A DNA stretch of 64,000 bases from Solirubrobacterales bacterium. Lineage in GTDB: Bacteria > Actinomycetota > Thermoleophilia > Solirubrobacterales > JACPNS01. The first letter of the stretch is position 1; the number at the start of each line of letters is the position of its first letter. Made by a program: the position numbers and the translations under genes. Positions 63,822 to 64,000 of the stretch are shown in pieces. Where the stretch lies: contig JACPNS010000002.1 of assembly GCA_016185345.1 (NCBI GenBank), positions 2,149-66,148 of the forward strand, read 5' to 3'. The notes beneath the pieces are model-generated. The model was not told the DNA's origin. It made no database searches and saw only the letters and a list, made by a program, of their open reading frames with translations.

Positions 63822-64000
63822 CTCTCCACCCAGGGGATTGTCTCTCGGAGATCGCATCGCGGACTGAACTAGCGTCAGATCATCCAATCAAGTAGCTCAG
63901 AGGCTCACACACTTGATCGAACAGTCTCGCCCGCCAAGCTGTATGTCGTTGCGTGTGCTGTCGAGCTCCGCTGCGACACGACTCGAACGCCTTTGTTTTT

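Overview
High-GC chromosomal segment with Actinomycetota-type gene content: single-chain PafBC, an EthA/EthR-like pair, GpgS, a PPOX/F420-type protein, and the order rplY-pth-mfd-eno-ftsB. The many basic secreted Ig-like proteins suggest a Thermoleophilia/Solirubrobacterales-like organism, but that is inference only. I support about 70 protein genes, tRNA-Phe(GAA), tRNA-Ala(CGC), two type II toxin-antitoxin cassettes in AT-richer islets, one frameshifted gene and one IS3-family fragment. No CRISPR array or rRNA was seen. Most long antisense ORFs in the track are high-GC artefacts. Main hunt results: (1) A three-gene operon (32627-36446) whose products carry TasA/SipW-type 'alternate' signal peptides (AYWT motif): a small uncharged subunit, a basic membrane-anchored paralogue and an 886-aa Ig-repeat protein. 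I propose it as a candidate undescribed surface-fibre/adhesin system. (2) A hairpin element of about 55 nt that I do not recognise, with a conserved CCCCGCAG...CGAGGAG core, conserved mismatches and compensatory stem changes. Three copies are present; two bracket the csrA locus and one lies in the ABC1-kinase/rplY divergent region. (3) An orphan csrA with no fliW or flagellar context, whose leader carries GGA motifs in hairpin loops and in the SD. (4) A perfect SOS box (CGAACATATGTTCG) in front of a small Myb/SANT-like ORF next to mfd. (5) A zinc-ribbon rhomboid homologue that has lost both catalytic residues. Everything rests on reading the sequence and on remembered family motifs; no searches were run.
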